A DNA stretch of 42,323 nt, from positions 1 through 42,323 of the IMG/VR virus record IMGVR_UViG_3300031933_000299. The stretch is one strand, 5' to 3'. The DNA comes from a virus. Below are positions 18,805 to 28,012 of this stretch, one piece after another (the stretch's first letter is position 1; every line of letters starts with the position of its first letter). The notes beneath the pieces were generated by a model. The model worked only from the letters and a program-made list of their open reading frames with translations. It was not told where the DNA came from and made no database searches. The position numbers and the translations under genes were made by a program.

Positions 18805-18958
18805 CTGTAATAATCTAATCCCAATGACAACAACACAGAAGCGGAAGTTCTTCTCAGTGTACTATGTCAAGTACGGTCAGGTTGTTTTGCCGTATTGCTG
18901 TAAGGACTGTCAAAAAAAGCATATGGAGGAACTCAAAGGTGCTAAATGTACATGCTGA
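18767..18958 (+). CDS. Small Zn-binding protein
   Basis: CSNPDC...YCCKDCQ; GAGGT RBS before ATG 18767. Confidence 0.6.
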   Translation: MTNIVQVSCSNPDCNNLIPMTTTQKRKFFSVYYVKYGQVVLPYCCKDCQKKHMEELKGAKCTC

Positions 18959-19337
18959 CACCGATGATGTCCTGAGAGGACTGAAAAAACTACAGGACAA
19001 CCTCAAAGACGATACTTCAAAAAAACTTGAAATTGTCGGTGTGTTCCTGGAATCAAAGATGACTGAAAAGATAGATTCGAGATTAAGACCACCGCTGAAA
19101 TCAAGTACGGTTGCACGCAAGAAAAGTTCACAACCTCTGTTTGATACTGGTGAACTATATGATCAGATAGATCATTTGTTGACAGATGATTCCGTCGAAG
19201 TTGGTGTTTTTGGTTCACGTGCTTCTGTGGCCCGTCATCATGAGTTTGGTGCGCCAAGGGCTAATATTCCGGAGAGGTCATTCATGCGTTCGGCATTTGG
19301 TGAGTCGAAAAGGAAAATTGTTAAGATGATGAAATGA
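18939..19337 (+). CDS. Tail completion/neck protein (HK97 gp10 / Mu gpG-like)
   Basis: PLKSSTVARK...PLFDTGEL...HHEFGAPRANIPERSFMR is typical of this family; GTG 18939 with GGAGG RBS. Confidence 0.8.
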   Translation: MLNVHADTDDVLRGLKKLQDNLKDDTSKKLEIVGVFLESKMTEKIDSRLRPPLKSSTVARKKSSQPLFDTGELYDQIDHLLTDDSVEVGVFGSRASVARHHEFGAPRANIPERSFMRSAFGESKRKIVKMMK

Positions 19338-19341
19338 TGAT

Positions 19342-19361
19342 TTTCAACTTTCCTTTAAATA
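19342..19361 (+). promoter_or_regulatory. Putative late promoter for the tail operon
   Basis: tttcaactttcctttaaata in the intergenic gap before 19424. Confidence 0.7.
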
Positions 19362-19423
19362 CTCAAAAACAAAACTCCACTCTGTAGAGAACCTACATTC
19401 TAATCACAAGTGGAGAACCCACG

Positions 19424-19858
19424 ATGTCAAGAGCAATCAGTAACACTCAGAAGAAAGCAATTTTTACGAATCTACCTGCAACCGTAACAATTGATGAGAC
19501 AGACATCACCGCATCAAAGATATGGTCAAACCAGGTCATCACGTCATATCCTACTATCACTCTCAACATCTCAAATGATGGAGTAACATCCATCCGTGAC
19601 GTAGATGATGGTATTTTGTACTACACCACTATCCTCACAGTCCATATTCTTACTGAAAACGCACAGGGCTTCAACGGTTCTATAATAGCCGAACAATTTG
19701 CATCTGATATTTGTGAGGAAATAGAAACGTGGACTACTCCACTCACATCTGATGTTCGTATTTTCAATCCTGATGAGGACATCAACAGCATTGGCAACAA
19801 TGGATATGAAGATGAGATTTTCGATTATGTTCTTTCAATCACACTCTATCATTCATAA
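19424..19858 (+). CDS. Tail terminator-like protein
   Basis: 144 aa; YPTITLNI and alternating beta/alpha pattern; lies before the tail tube gene. Confidence 0.55.
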   Translation: MSRAISNTQKKAIFTNLPATVTIDETDITASKIWSNQVITSYPTITLNISNDGVTSIRDVDDGILYYTTILTVHILTENAQGFNGSIIAEQFASDICEEIETWTTPLTSDVRIFNPDEDINSIGNNGYEDEIFDYVLSITLYHS

Positions 19859-19869
19859 GAGGAATCACT

Positions 19870-20232
19870 ATGGCAGAAAATGAAGCACCATCGGAAACAA
19901 CCGGACCTACAGAAGTCGAGATTCTAACTTCACAACTGCAAATAGCAGAAGCAACGATCATTGAACAGAAAGCAAAAATCGAAGGACTACAAGCTGAAAG
20001 AAATGAGATACTGATACTCATTAAGGACAACCAGCCGGCACAGGAAATACTTTCCACAGCTGCAGCTGCAATATCCAGTGATATTAACAAGAAGCAGACT
20101 GCAATCGTGGATATCCCTGAAGGACTTTCCAGCAAGGAAGTCCAGGTCCTGAAGGATGCCAGACAAGTGGAGATTGATGAACTGAAGGAAAGACAGGAGA
20201 AACTTAAGATGTACATTAGGAGTGAACTATAA
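19870..20232 (+). CDS. Coiled-coil hypothetical protein
   Basis: GAGG RBS; heptad-like pattern. Confidence 0.65.
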   Translation: MAENEAPSETTGPTEVEILTSQLQIAEATIIEQKAKIEGLQAERNEILILIKDNQPAQEILSTAAAAISSDINKKQTAIVDIPEGLSSKEVQVLKDARQVEIDELKERQEKLKMYIRSEL

Positions 20233-21143
20233 TGACGGTAATCGATGGCCGAACGGTCAAATTCGCAGACTGGGTAGACGAATCCTCATTCGGAACAACA
20301 CCCACCAATCCAACAATGAGTGCATTCCCGGGGGAATTGATCAACATTGAACCCACGTCAGGACCGGAAGTAGACAGCTACAAAGTGTTGCAGGGTGCAT
20401 CCGTGACAGATCCACTATCATGTGGAAAAACCGTCAAAACAGGGGAAACACATGGAATCAAGATTACTATCAAAGCATCTGCGCTCACATGGCTTCCATA
20501 TGCACTCATGGCCACGAACACGACCACGTATGCAACTGGGAAGGTAGAACATCCTATTTCAATTGGTCTGGTTTCTGATTCAGAATACTGTGTCTATTCT
20601 GGTTGTGTTCTGCAGGAAGCAGTGTGGGATTTCCCTGATATGAAAACAGCAAACACCCTGACACTCACGTACATGTGCCAGGATAAGAGCGACTGGTCAG
20701 GCACAGATTACATCGGAACAGGTTCACACGCAACTGCACCAACCGATACGCCGTACACACTTGCTGACCTGACTTCCTTCCAGTATGACAGTGCAGCTCC
20801 ATCCAGTTCGAATCTTATCATCGAATCATTCAAGATGACACTTTCTTATGATATGGAAGGTGTGACTGATCTATCCGAGAGTGCACCATCAAAGATTGCC
20901 GAGTTTTCCTTCAATTCAAGGAGCATACAGGTGGATACAAGTGCAACCGCAATGGCAATGGGTGCACATGATGACCTGATAGCAGGCGATGACCACACTA
21001 TCGATTTCACATGTGACACAAAGAATTTCACATTCAGTGCATTAAAGTGGACCAACAATCCAACTGTAGGAATGGGTCCAGCCGCCAGAGTTGGAATGTC
21101 GTTCACCAGTGACGGAGATGCAACAAGACTAGCAATTGCATGA
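20232..21143 (+). CDS. Major tail tube protein
   Basis: 303 aa, S/T-rich beta protein starting with ESSFGTTP; precedes the chaperone gene. Confidence 0.75.
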   Translation: MTVIDGRTVKFADWVDESSFGTTPTNPTMSAFPGELINIEPTSGPEVDSYKVLQGASVTDPLSCGKTVKTGETHGIKITIKASALTWLPYALMATNTTTYATGKVEHPISIGLVSDSEYCVYSGCVLQEAVWDFPDMKTANTLTLTYMCQDKSDWSGTDYIGTGSHATAPTDTPYTLADLTSFQYDSAAPSSSNLIIESFKMTLSYDMEGVTDLSESAPSKIAEFSFNSRSIQVDTSATAMAMGAHDDLIAGDDHTIDFTCDTKNFTFSALKWTNNPTVGMGPAARVGMSFTSDGDATRLAIA

Positions 21144-21607
21144 GGCTGATTCAAATGCAACTACATGGAATTGAAATCTATTCAGAACCACGCAGAGGTT
21201 CGGTTCGCAGAGTCCAGAATCTCAAAACATCCTGGTACCTGAAGCATTTACCACTCGGTAAACCCTATCAGCAGATGACAATTGACCAGGCATTCAAAGA
21301 GTCAATCAAAAAGGATCCTGCGCTTATGGCAGAGTTCATGACATTCCAGGCAGACGTTGAGACTGTTCAGAATATCATGCTTGCAACTACTCTCACTTAC
21401 GATGGTGTCCTGGAACTTGAGGACCAGCTTAGTGTGAAAGAGTTCAATGAATTTGTTGAAGCTTGTAAGAATGCCACCGGTGGTGGTGTTCAGGATTTTT
21501 CCAAAGAATCCGGTTCAGATATCAACTTGAAGAACCCGGAGAAAGTCACGGAGAACAATTCGTCTACGAACTCACCAGACCAGCATGGTGGTTCCACTCA
21601 AGAGTAG
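21140..21607 (+). CDS. Tail assembly chaperone (gpG-like), with -1 frameshift extension to 21762
   Basis: Follows the tail tube; G GAT TTT T at 21493-21500; the -1 frame is open from 21469 to 21762. Confidence 0.7.
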   Translation: MRLIQMQLHGIEIYSEPRRGSVRRVQNLKTSWYLKHLPLGKPYQQMTIDQAFKESIKKDPALMAEFMTFQADVETVQNIMLATTLTYDGVLELEDQLSVKEFNEFVEACKNATGGGVQDFSKESGSDINLKNPEKVTENNSSTNSPDQHGGSTQE

Positions 21608-21761
21608 ACTACGCTTACGAAGGAAAACGGTGCGAACTGCCTGAACTAGATGATTACATACTCTGCCAGGAATGGAACATGAAACCGGAAGAACTCGAAA
21701 TGGTGCCATATGAGAAATCATTGCAGTGGACTATTTTCATGAGTAGAAGAGGTGGTCCTTA

Positions 21762-22727
21762 ATGGATATAGGTAATGTAACTCTATCGGCAATCAATACA
21801 TTCAAGATAGGAGATATACAGAGTCCTAATGAAGCTGTACAAGGAATGGGTGCCCGTGGCTATATATTGGCCGAGTTCAAACAAAATCTTCCTTCTGTGG
21901 AACTCTCCGGATATCTCCTGCAGTTGTATGGTGGATCCAGAACACTGCAGCAATTCAGAGAAGATGTTCTTGCACTCCAGGAAAGGCGAGCAGCTTACAA
22001 TTATGTAAGCAATGTAAAAGGTAGGTCCGGGTGGATATCCTGCACCAACATTGATGTAGATGATGAAGTCGGTGAACTCTGGCCACTGGCCATACAGGGA
22101 ACGTGGTTTGATGCTTCGCAATACAAAGAAGAGTACACTTCGAATCCTGTCACCATGGCAAATAATTTCTCAATCACCGGGACATATGACCAGGATGCAG
22201 TTGAAGCTGCAGATGATGTTCAGTGCTTCGATGGTTCACCTGAAGTGTTATCAATCCATCATTCCTTCTCAGGCAACTGCACTATCAAAAATGGGCTGTA
22301 CCAGATTATTCTCTCGGAGAACACGATATCCATCTATTACTATGATTCAGGGTATGTCAAGATTGATGATTTTACAGCGGGCACCTTCGATACAATTACA
22401 CTTCTGGAATTGAATGAGGATATCTGCACAGTCAAAACGGATAATTCAATTGAGATCTCACTGGAAAGAGGAAGAATCCCTTATATCAATTCACCAGTTG
22501 ATCTGGAATGTTCTTTGTTGTCTCCTTCTGATCAGAGCACGTCAACTGATAATTATCTGGAATTGGGTACTGGCCTTTACGTTGCATCAAATGTCAGTTT
22601 TTCAATTGCTTCTTCTGTAATTGATGCTGGCAAAATGTGGATATTTTATACTGCATCTGACGTTTCGACTACTGCACATGATGCAATTGTGGAATCTAAT
22701 TTGAAAAGGAGAGTGGTTATCAGATGA
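21762..22727 (+). CDS. Tail tip/distal-tail-like protein
   Basis: N-terminal region (PSVELSGYL) resembles Dit-type folds; beta-rich C-terminus. Inference. Confidence 0.5.
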   Translation: MDIGNVTLSAINTFKIGDIQSPNEAVQGMGARGYILAEFKQNLPSVELSGYLLQLYGGSRTLQQFREDVLALQERRAAYNYVSNVKGRSGWISCTNIDVDDEVGELWPLAIQGTWFDASQYKEEYTSNPVTMANNFSITGTYDQDAVEAADDVQCFDGSPEVLSIHHSFSGNCTIKNGLYQIILSENTISIYYYDSGYVKIDDFTAGTFDTITLLELNEDICTVKTDNSIEISLERGRIPYINSPVDLECSLLSPSDQSTSTDNYLELGTGLYVASNVSFSIASSVIDAGKMWIFYTASDVSTTAHDAIVESNLKRRVVIR

Positions 22728-22984
22728 ACTTTGAAAGTATAGTTCCTACGCCGATCATTCCAACAACGGCAGATATAATTGCTGCGAACACAACTGCAAA
22801 GAATTCAGCACCGCTGTCGATGGTGATCAATCCGGCAGCATTCACAATCAAAAGAAACAGTATAATCGGAACAAACAAAAGAACACTTGAAATTGAGTCA
22901 TCTTCCATATCAGAGACACTGATAACATTGTATAAAAATGTAGGGGTTTGTACATGGCCGGAGAAACAATCGAGAAACTTGTAA
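22724..22984 (+). CDS. Hypothetical protein
   Basis: ATGA overlap; 86 aa. Confidence 0.45.
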   Translation: MNFESIVPTPIIPTTADIIAANTTAKNSAPLSMVINPAAFTIKRNSIIGTNKRTLEIESSSISETLITLYKNVGVCTWPEKQSRNL

Positions 22985-24528
22985 TACAAATACAGGCAGA
23001 CATAGCCAAAGCTCAACATGACCTCAACAAAGTCAAAGGTTCGCTCGGTGATGTTGGGGATGAAGCAGCTGTAGCCGGGAACAAAGTTCAAACATCTGGT
23101 CAAAAAATTAACGCTGTCCTTGCGTCCATGAAAATATATGCCGTGGCTGCTGCAGCTGCCCTTGGTGCAATTGGTGTCAAAGCTATACAAATTGCCGGAG
23201 ATGCGGTAGAAATAGAGAACAAGTTTGAGGCAGTATTCAAAAATACCTCGGACAGCGCAAGGAGATGGGCTGAAGACTTCTCCGACACTGTTGGTCGTTC
23301 TACTCTTGAAACATTGCAGTATCTCTCTACATTCCAGGATACATTTGTTCCGCTGGGATTTGACAGGACAGAAGCAGCACTTTTGTCAGAACAACTCACT
23401 GAGCTGTCTGTCGATCTTGCTTCTTTCAACAATATGGCAGATACTGAAACCATAACTGCATTACAGTCCGCACTGGTCGGAAACCATGAGACGATGAGAC
23501 GATATGGTGTCATAATCACTCAGACTACACTTGATCAAGAGCTCATGAACATGGGTATTGAGAAAGGAATACAGGGTGCAACTGAACAAGAGAAAGTAAT
23601 GGCACGTCTCAATATAATAATGAATTCAACCGAGGATGCGCAGGGCGATGCTGCAAGGACAGCTGATGAATATGCTAACCAGATGAGAGCATTGAAAGGC
23701 AATATACGTGATGTGATGGCAGAGGCCGGTAAGGAGGGAATGGAGGACCTGACTCAAACACTTGTTGAATTCAACGAATGGGGAACATCAGGTGGCTATG
23801 ACAACATCACAATGTTCCTGAGCGATGTTGCTTCGCTGGCCGCGGACGCTGCAAAGGGCGTCGCGATCCTGACACAGACATTTGGTGACCTGTATGGAAC
23901 ATTTGTTTCAGAAGGACCAATGCCGGAAGCAATGGGTACAAGTGGAACAATGCCAGGTGGTAATATCAGCGACTTCGTTGGTTTTTCAGATGAACAAATG
24001 ACAGAAATATACAGACAGTTTGGATACAACGAAGACGAAATCGCGGCAAAGCTGGAACACAGGAGACAGCTCATCGAGGAACAGAACGATGAGATTGATG
24101 ACCAAATCGACAAAACCAACCAGCTGGCAAACGCAACGTCATCTATTCCAGATTGGGCAGGCCATTCCGATTATATCCGTGGACAAATATCCAACAAAAG
24201 AAGTGAACTTGGTATAGAGTTTGATTCTGGCGACAGATCAACTCACATGAGCATTGATGATATCGTGAATACCGGAGTATCATCCGTTCCACAGACACAA
24301 CAGGTACAGGTTACAAGTCCAAGTATTGTATCCTCTCAATCATCACAGAGTGGGCAATCATCCATCATGACAGAAAGGATTCTAACGGATATTCTATCAA
24401 CGCTGCAGCAAGAACCACGTCAGGTTGATGTAGATGCCGATATCGAAATCAGAAACCACACAGACATCAAAGAACTTGCAAAAAAAGTAGCTGAGATTCT
24501 GCAGAGGGATATTACATATACATCATGA
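22954..24528 (+). CDS. Tape measure protein
   Basis: MAGETIEKLVIQIQADI start, Ala-rich helical repeats, LSVDLASFNN...ALQSALVGNHETMRRYGV motif common in TMPs. Confidence 0.85.
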   Translation: MAGETIEKLVIQIQADIAKAQHDLNKVKGSLGDVGDEAAVAGNKVQTSGQKINAVLASMKIYAVAAAAALGAIGVKAIQIAGDAVEIENKFEAVFKNTSDSARRWAEDFSDTVGRSTLETLQYLSTFQDTFVPLGFDRTEAALLSEQLTELSVDLASFNNMADTETITALQSALVGNHETMRRYGVIITQTTLDQELMNMGIEKGIQGATEQEKVMARLNIIMNSTEDAQGDAARTADEYANQMRALKGNIRDVMAEAGKEGMEDLTQTLVEFNEWGTSGGYDNITMFLSDVASLAADAAKGVAILTQTFGDLYGTFVSEGPMPEAMGTSGTMPGGNISDFVGFSDEQMTEIYRQFGYNEDEIAAKLEHRRQLIEEQNDEIDDQIDKTNQLANATSSIPDWAGHSDYIRGQISNKRSELGIEFDSGDRSTHMSIDDIVNTGVSSVPQTQQVQVTSPSIVSSQSSQSGQSSIMTERILTDILSTLQQEPRQVDVDADIEIRNHTDIKELAKKVAEILQRDITYTS

Positions 24529-24529
24529 G

Positions 24530-25120
24530 GTGGACAAAATGGATTTCAGGATAAAATACGATGTGCGTGCACAGAAATTCGGATACAATGCATATTCCCA
24601 TGGTGGTTCAAACTGGACATATTTAGCAGTGCCATCTGACCTCACACTTGGTAGCAACGCGGTTGTCAGTAATAGTTCACAGACAGGGGGTTCCGCGACA
24701 ATGGAACCAGAGTACAAGTTCATTATTCCAAAATCGTTTGATAATGCTGTCATAGATGGTGACATGTTCGTGGCGGCACAGGTTGAGCTACATGGGTACA
24801 CAGGCAGTTACACACACACCCAGACACTCACCCATATCTATGCAAATCTATACAAGGTAGATTCATCCGGAATAGAGACAAGTTTGCTCGAGGATCCGGA
24901 TGGAGTGGATATTCTTGGTGGAACTACCTACAGTGAGAACGACACGACGATTGTCAAGAAAATATTTGGGTGGGTACCAATACAGGACCAGTTGATCAAG
25001 CCGGACGAACGATTGGCATTCAGTATCAAACTCACGGGGTCTGGAGATAGTTTCACTTGGCTGAAATTAGATCATACAAAAGACACTGACGACACCTATG
25101 CCACCATCCCGTTTGTCTGA
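24530..25120 (+). CDS. Minor tail protein
   Basis: 196 aa beta-rich protein after the TMP. Confidence 0.55.
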   Translation: MDKMDFRIKYDVRAQKFGYNAYSHGGSNWTYLAVPSDLTLGSNAVVSNSSQTGGSATMEPEYKFIIPKSFDNAVIDGDMFVAAQVELHGYTGSYTHTQTLTHIYANLYKVDSSGIETSLLEDPDGVDILGGTTYSENDTTIVKKIFGWVPIQDQLIKPDERLAFSIKLTGSGDSFTWLKLDHTKDTDDTYATIPFV

Positions 25121-25129
25121 GGTATCAAT

Positions 25130-25927
25130 ATGACACTATATCCAAATATCATATACCATGCCGACACTGGAATAGAAGTGTTTTTGGACAGCCTGCAGAG
25201 GATAGGGAACGTTCGCTATGCCGACGTCGTGGACTATCATGGGAGTGGAGACGGAAACCTGAAAACGTTCATACGTTCTCAGGGACCAAGGTCAATGACA
25301 CTGGAAGGAAAGATATCGACGGACAATGAGAACACTATCAGAAGACAGTTGAACTACCTTATAGGAGAACAAGTCTATATCATGATGGGAGCCGAGGAAC
25401 TGGCTACGTTGGCAAAGATTAGGTCATGCGCTTTCAACAAAGCGGTCGGAACATATACTCCTCTAACCCTTGATGTCGTATGTGATGGGAGTTCCGAAGG
25501 TCAATTCTGGGACGGAACCGACTACTTCAGCACATCCAACTGTGCAGTTGAATCAGACGATGACTCGGTGAACGGAATCAGTGTAAGATTATACCAGTCT
25601 GGCAGTTATGTTCGTAATTTTGTTAAGCAGAGCGAATGGACATTGCCAGCAGGAGATTATATATTTTTTGCACGTGTGGTTGATCAGTACAATATTACTG
25701 ATGAAATCACCCTGGAAGTGAGGAATTATATCGATGACACGGCCATTGCTTCTGACACATATACTACAACGATGGGTGAAATTTTTCCAGAATACGCATT
25801 TGTGAAACTTGATTTTACAATAGATAGTGCTGATGACGGGGACGATGTACAATTCAAGGTAATCAAGAACACATCAAATGTGAACAATGTGTACCTTGGT
25901 GCATGGGGATTTGTGAGGACAGACTGA
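25130..25927 (+). CDS. Minor tail protein (Dit-like N-terminus plus carbohydrate-binding-like domain)
   Basis: GPRSMTLEGKI segment; beta-sandwich-like C-terminus. Inference. Confidence 0.5.
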   Translation: MTLYPNIIYHADTGIEVFLDSLQRIGNVRYADVVDYHGSGDGNLKTFIRSQGPRSMTLEGKISTDNENTIRRQLNYLIGEQVYIMMGAEELATLAKIRSCAFNKAVGTYTPLTLDVVCDGSSEGQFWDGTDYFSTSNCAVESDDDSVNGISVRLYQSGSYVRNFVKQSEWTLPAGDYIFFARVVDQYNITDEITLEVRNYIDDTAIASDTYTTTMGEIFPEYAFVKLDFTIDSADDGDDVQFKVIKNTSNVNNVYLGAWGFVRTD

Positions 25928-26352
25928 TGCTTGCAGAACTTCTTAATATAGTGTTACCGGTTTCACAGCAGAAATCTGAAACAACAATGTCAAAGATATA
26001 TGTGATGCAGCTGTTCAAATCAGTGGACAATCTTCAGCTGACAGATACAAATTACAAACTTGTAGATGTTGATAAGTTGAAGACATTCCTCGCTCGTAAC
26101 TCAACCAGTTCAAGACAATATGTTTCTGATTCTAATGACTGTGATGATTTTGCGCTCATTCTCCTGGGAGATGTCACGAGATGGGATTCTTCACTTGCTT
26201 TCGGAATTGCATTTGTTGTGAAGGAAGATGGCGACTATCATGCTTTGAATGTATTGATATCCACACAAAAAAAGGTGTACTTGGTGGAACCTCAGTCGGA
26301 TGAAGTATTTGAGGTTCCTGAAGAGTGGGATATCAGATTTGTTTTGATGTGA
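25927..26352 (+). CDS. Papain/transglutaminase-like cysteine protease domain protein
   Basis: DCDDFA (Cys), HALN (His) and VEPQSD motifs; ends the late operon. Confidence 0.65.
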   Translation: MLAELLNIVLPVSQQKSETTMSKIYVMQLFKSVDNLQLTDTNYKLVDVDKLKTFLARNSTSSRQYVSDSNDCDDFALILLGDVTRWDSSLAFGIAFVVKEDGDYHALNVLISTQKKVYLVEPQSDEVFEVPEEWDIRFVLM

Positions 26353-26483
26353 TGTGTTCCGTTTTGTCATGTGTCGAGGAAAATAACTTCCATATAATAT
26401 TGCTAAGTCTGTAAGGTTGGAAACTTGGATATCCGGAAGTAACATGAACTTGGCCACTACGTAGTGCTATTAAAAGAACGAAC

Positions 26484-26714
26484 TTACATAAATTCCTCGA
26501 ATTTCTCCGGATGCTTCTTGACATATTCGGACAGGACCTTCAGCATCTGTTGTTCATCGTCTTCTACTTCAAGAGCTGCTTCTGTTGTCAGGGCCATACT
26601 GCAGGATGAACAGTACTTTGCAGTAGGTCCATTCATGGTATTGCAGCGCGGACACTTTCTCGGCAACAGGTCGGATGCCGTTTCTTCTTTTTCCCTGAGG
26701 CCATAGTGTTCCAA
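26484..26714 (-). pseudogene. C-terminal Zn-ribbon remnant of an archaeal tyrosine integrase
   Basis: LLEHYGL...PRKCPRCNTMNGPTAKYCSSCSMAL..EAALE resembles C-terminal tails of methanogen integrases; no catalytic domain upstream. Confidence 0.6.
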
Positions 26715-26833
26715 TAAGACATTGTGGGAATACCTTCCTCCTGCATTATCTCCTCCGCTTCCCGCTTTAGATTCGGGCTTATCGAAACCCCGATCTTCTC
26801 TTTCTTTGTATGCTGCATAACAGGTAGTATCAT
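26633..26833 (-). CDS. Ribbon-helix-helix repressor-like protein, C-terminus probably scrambled
   Basis: KEKIGVSISPNLKREAEEIMQEEG fits the RHH strand plus helix A; it then runs out of frame across the integrase remnant. Confidence 0.55.
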   Translation of the reverse strand: MILPVMQHTKKEKIGVSISPNLKREAEEIMQEEGIPTMSYWNTMASGKKKKRHPTCCRESVRAAIP

Positions 26834-26921
26834 GGTATAACTATTTAAGGCTGGTTTTAACTATAGTTAAACGTTGGTTTAACTATGGTTAACTATTTAT
26901 ATTGGTATAACCATAGTCATA
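26834..26921. promoter_or_regulatory. Divergent promoter region with palindromic operators
   Basis: Perfect palindrome TTTAACTATAGTTAAA at 26856-26871; related copies at 26878-26893 and 26906-26921; TATA-like elements on both strands. Confidence 0.75.
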
Positions 26922-26934
26922 CTTAGGTCATATC

Positions 26935-27171
26935 ATGGTATCCAAATTTATAGGCGTGAAAATGCCGGAAAACGAAGTCGCGAGAATTGAGCGCCTTGTT
27001 GATCGGGGTGAGTCGATGAATCTTAGCGATTTCATGAGACAGGCCGCACGCGAAAAACTAGCAATATGTGAAATGGAGGAAGAAAATGAGCAAAGTAAGG
27101 ATAGGCGGAACGGTGTCACCACTTGCATACAAGCAGCTTGTGGTGTCAGGAAGATCGCAGGAGTTGACTGA
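26935..27171 (+). CDS. Ribbon-helix-helix (CopG/MetJ-like) regulator
   Basis: KFIGVKMPENEVARIERLVDRGESMNLSDFMRQAAREKL is a typical RHH pattern. Confidence 0.85.
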   Translation: MVSKFIGVKMPENEVARIERLVDRGESMNLSDFMRQAAREKLAICEMEEENEQSKDRRNGVTTCIQAACGVRKIAGVD

Positions 27172-27322
27172 GATGTCCCGGACATACAGTGGAAAACTCG
27201 AAGAGCAGATCGAGAAGTACGACCTCAGATACGACGAATCAATGGAGAACGAGTTTGCCGACGACGTTCAAGGATCCGAGGACTACCTGACAACCGTACA
27301 GAGAATCATAGGAGTGATCTGA
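27086..27322 (+). CDS. Small hypothetical protein (possible second RHH)
   Basis: GGAGG RBS; KVRIGGTVSPLAYKQL. Confidence 0.55.
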   Translation: MSKVRIGGTVSPLAYKQLVVSGRSQELTEMSRTYSGKLEEQIEKYDLRYDESMENEFADDVQGSEDYLTTVQRIIGVI

Positions 27323-27660
27323 TGGCATCCAGACGCAGCAGAGGAAGAGGTGTCACCCCGGGGACAATCCGTGGAAAAGACAAGAACTGGCTATCTGAAG
27401 GAATGGAACAGCGCAGGTACAGGTACGCTATGGATACTGCAAACGGTGCACTGAACAAAACAGAGACGTGCAAGAAGTGCGGTGGTCTTGCAGGATGTAT
27501 CAATGCAGCTGTCCTCAAGAACTTCGGTGTCAGAGCATATTGGAAGTGTACTGACTGTGGAAGAGAGTACACCAAAGAGATCTCATCGGAGAAGATGGAA
27601 CAATACTACCAGGAAGATCTTGCCAAGATGCACAGCAAGCCACAGGAGGCCGAAGCATGA
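27322..27660 (+). CDS. Zn-finger protein
   Basis: CKKC and CTDC pairs. Confidence 0.7.
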   Translation: MASRRSRGRGVTPGTIRGKDKNWLSEGMEQRRYRYAMDTANGALNKTETCKKCGGLAGCINAAVLKNFGVRAYWKCTDCGREYTKEISSEKMEQYYQEDLAKMHSKPQEAEA

Positions 27661-27872
27661 GCACTGCATTACCAGTTCCGGAACTCAATCCGGTAGCTCG
27701 CATGATGTTTCCTCGTGCACAGGACATGATCGACCAGCGCATCTGTCCGCAGTGTGGTGAAAAGATTGACCCTGTAGATGGATTCCGTGACGGATTATCA
27801 ATGAAAGAGTACATGATATCAGGCCTTTGCCAGTCGTGCCTGGACAGCGTCTCCGGAGATGATCAGCCATGA
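27657..27872 (+). CDS. Small Zn-finger protein
   Basis: CPQC...CQSC; ATGA overlap. Confidence 0.7.
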   Translation: MSTALPVPELNPVARMMFPRAQDMIDQRICPQCGEKIDPVDGFRDGLSMKEYMISGLCQSCLDSVSGDDQP

Positions 27873-28012
27873 TCTCCGAGATACCTGAGATCATTGACGG
27901 GATATCCGTTGCCAGGTGTGTCTGTCCTCATGGACACACATTCAATGTAGCATGGGCCTGCCGGCACAACAGTCTGTACTGTCCTAAATGTAACGAAGGG
28001 GTGGAAGCATGA
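27869..28012 (+). CDS. 47-aa Zn-ribbon protein
   Basis: CPHGHTF...CPKC; ATGA overlaps at both ends. Below the ORF-track cutoff. Confidence 0.55.
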   Translation: MISEIPEIIDGISVARCVCPHGHTFNVAWACRHNSLYCPKCNEGVEA

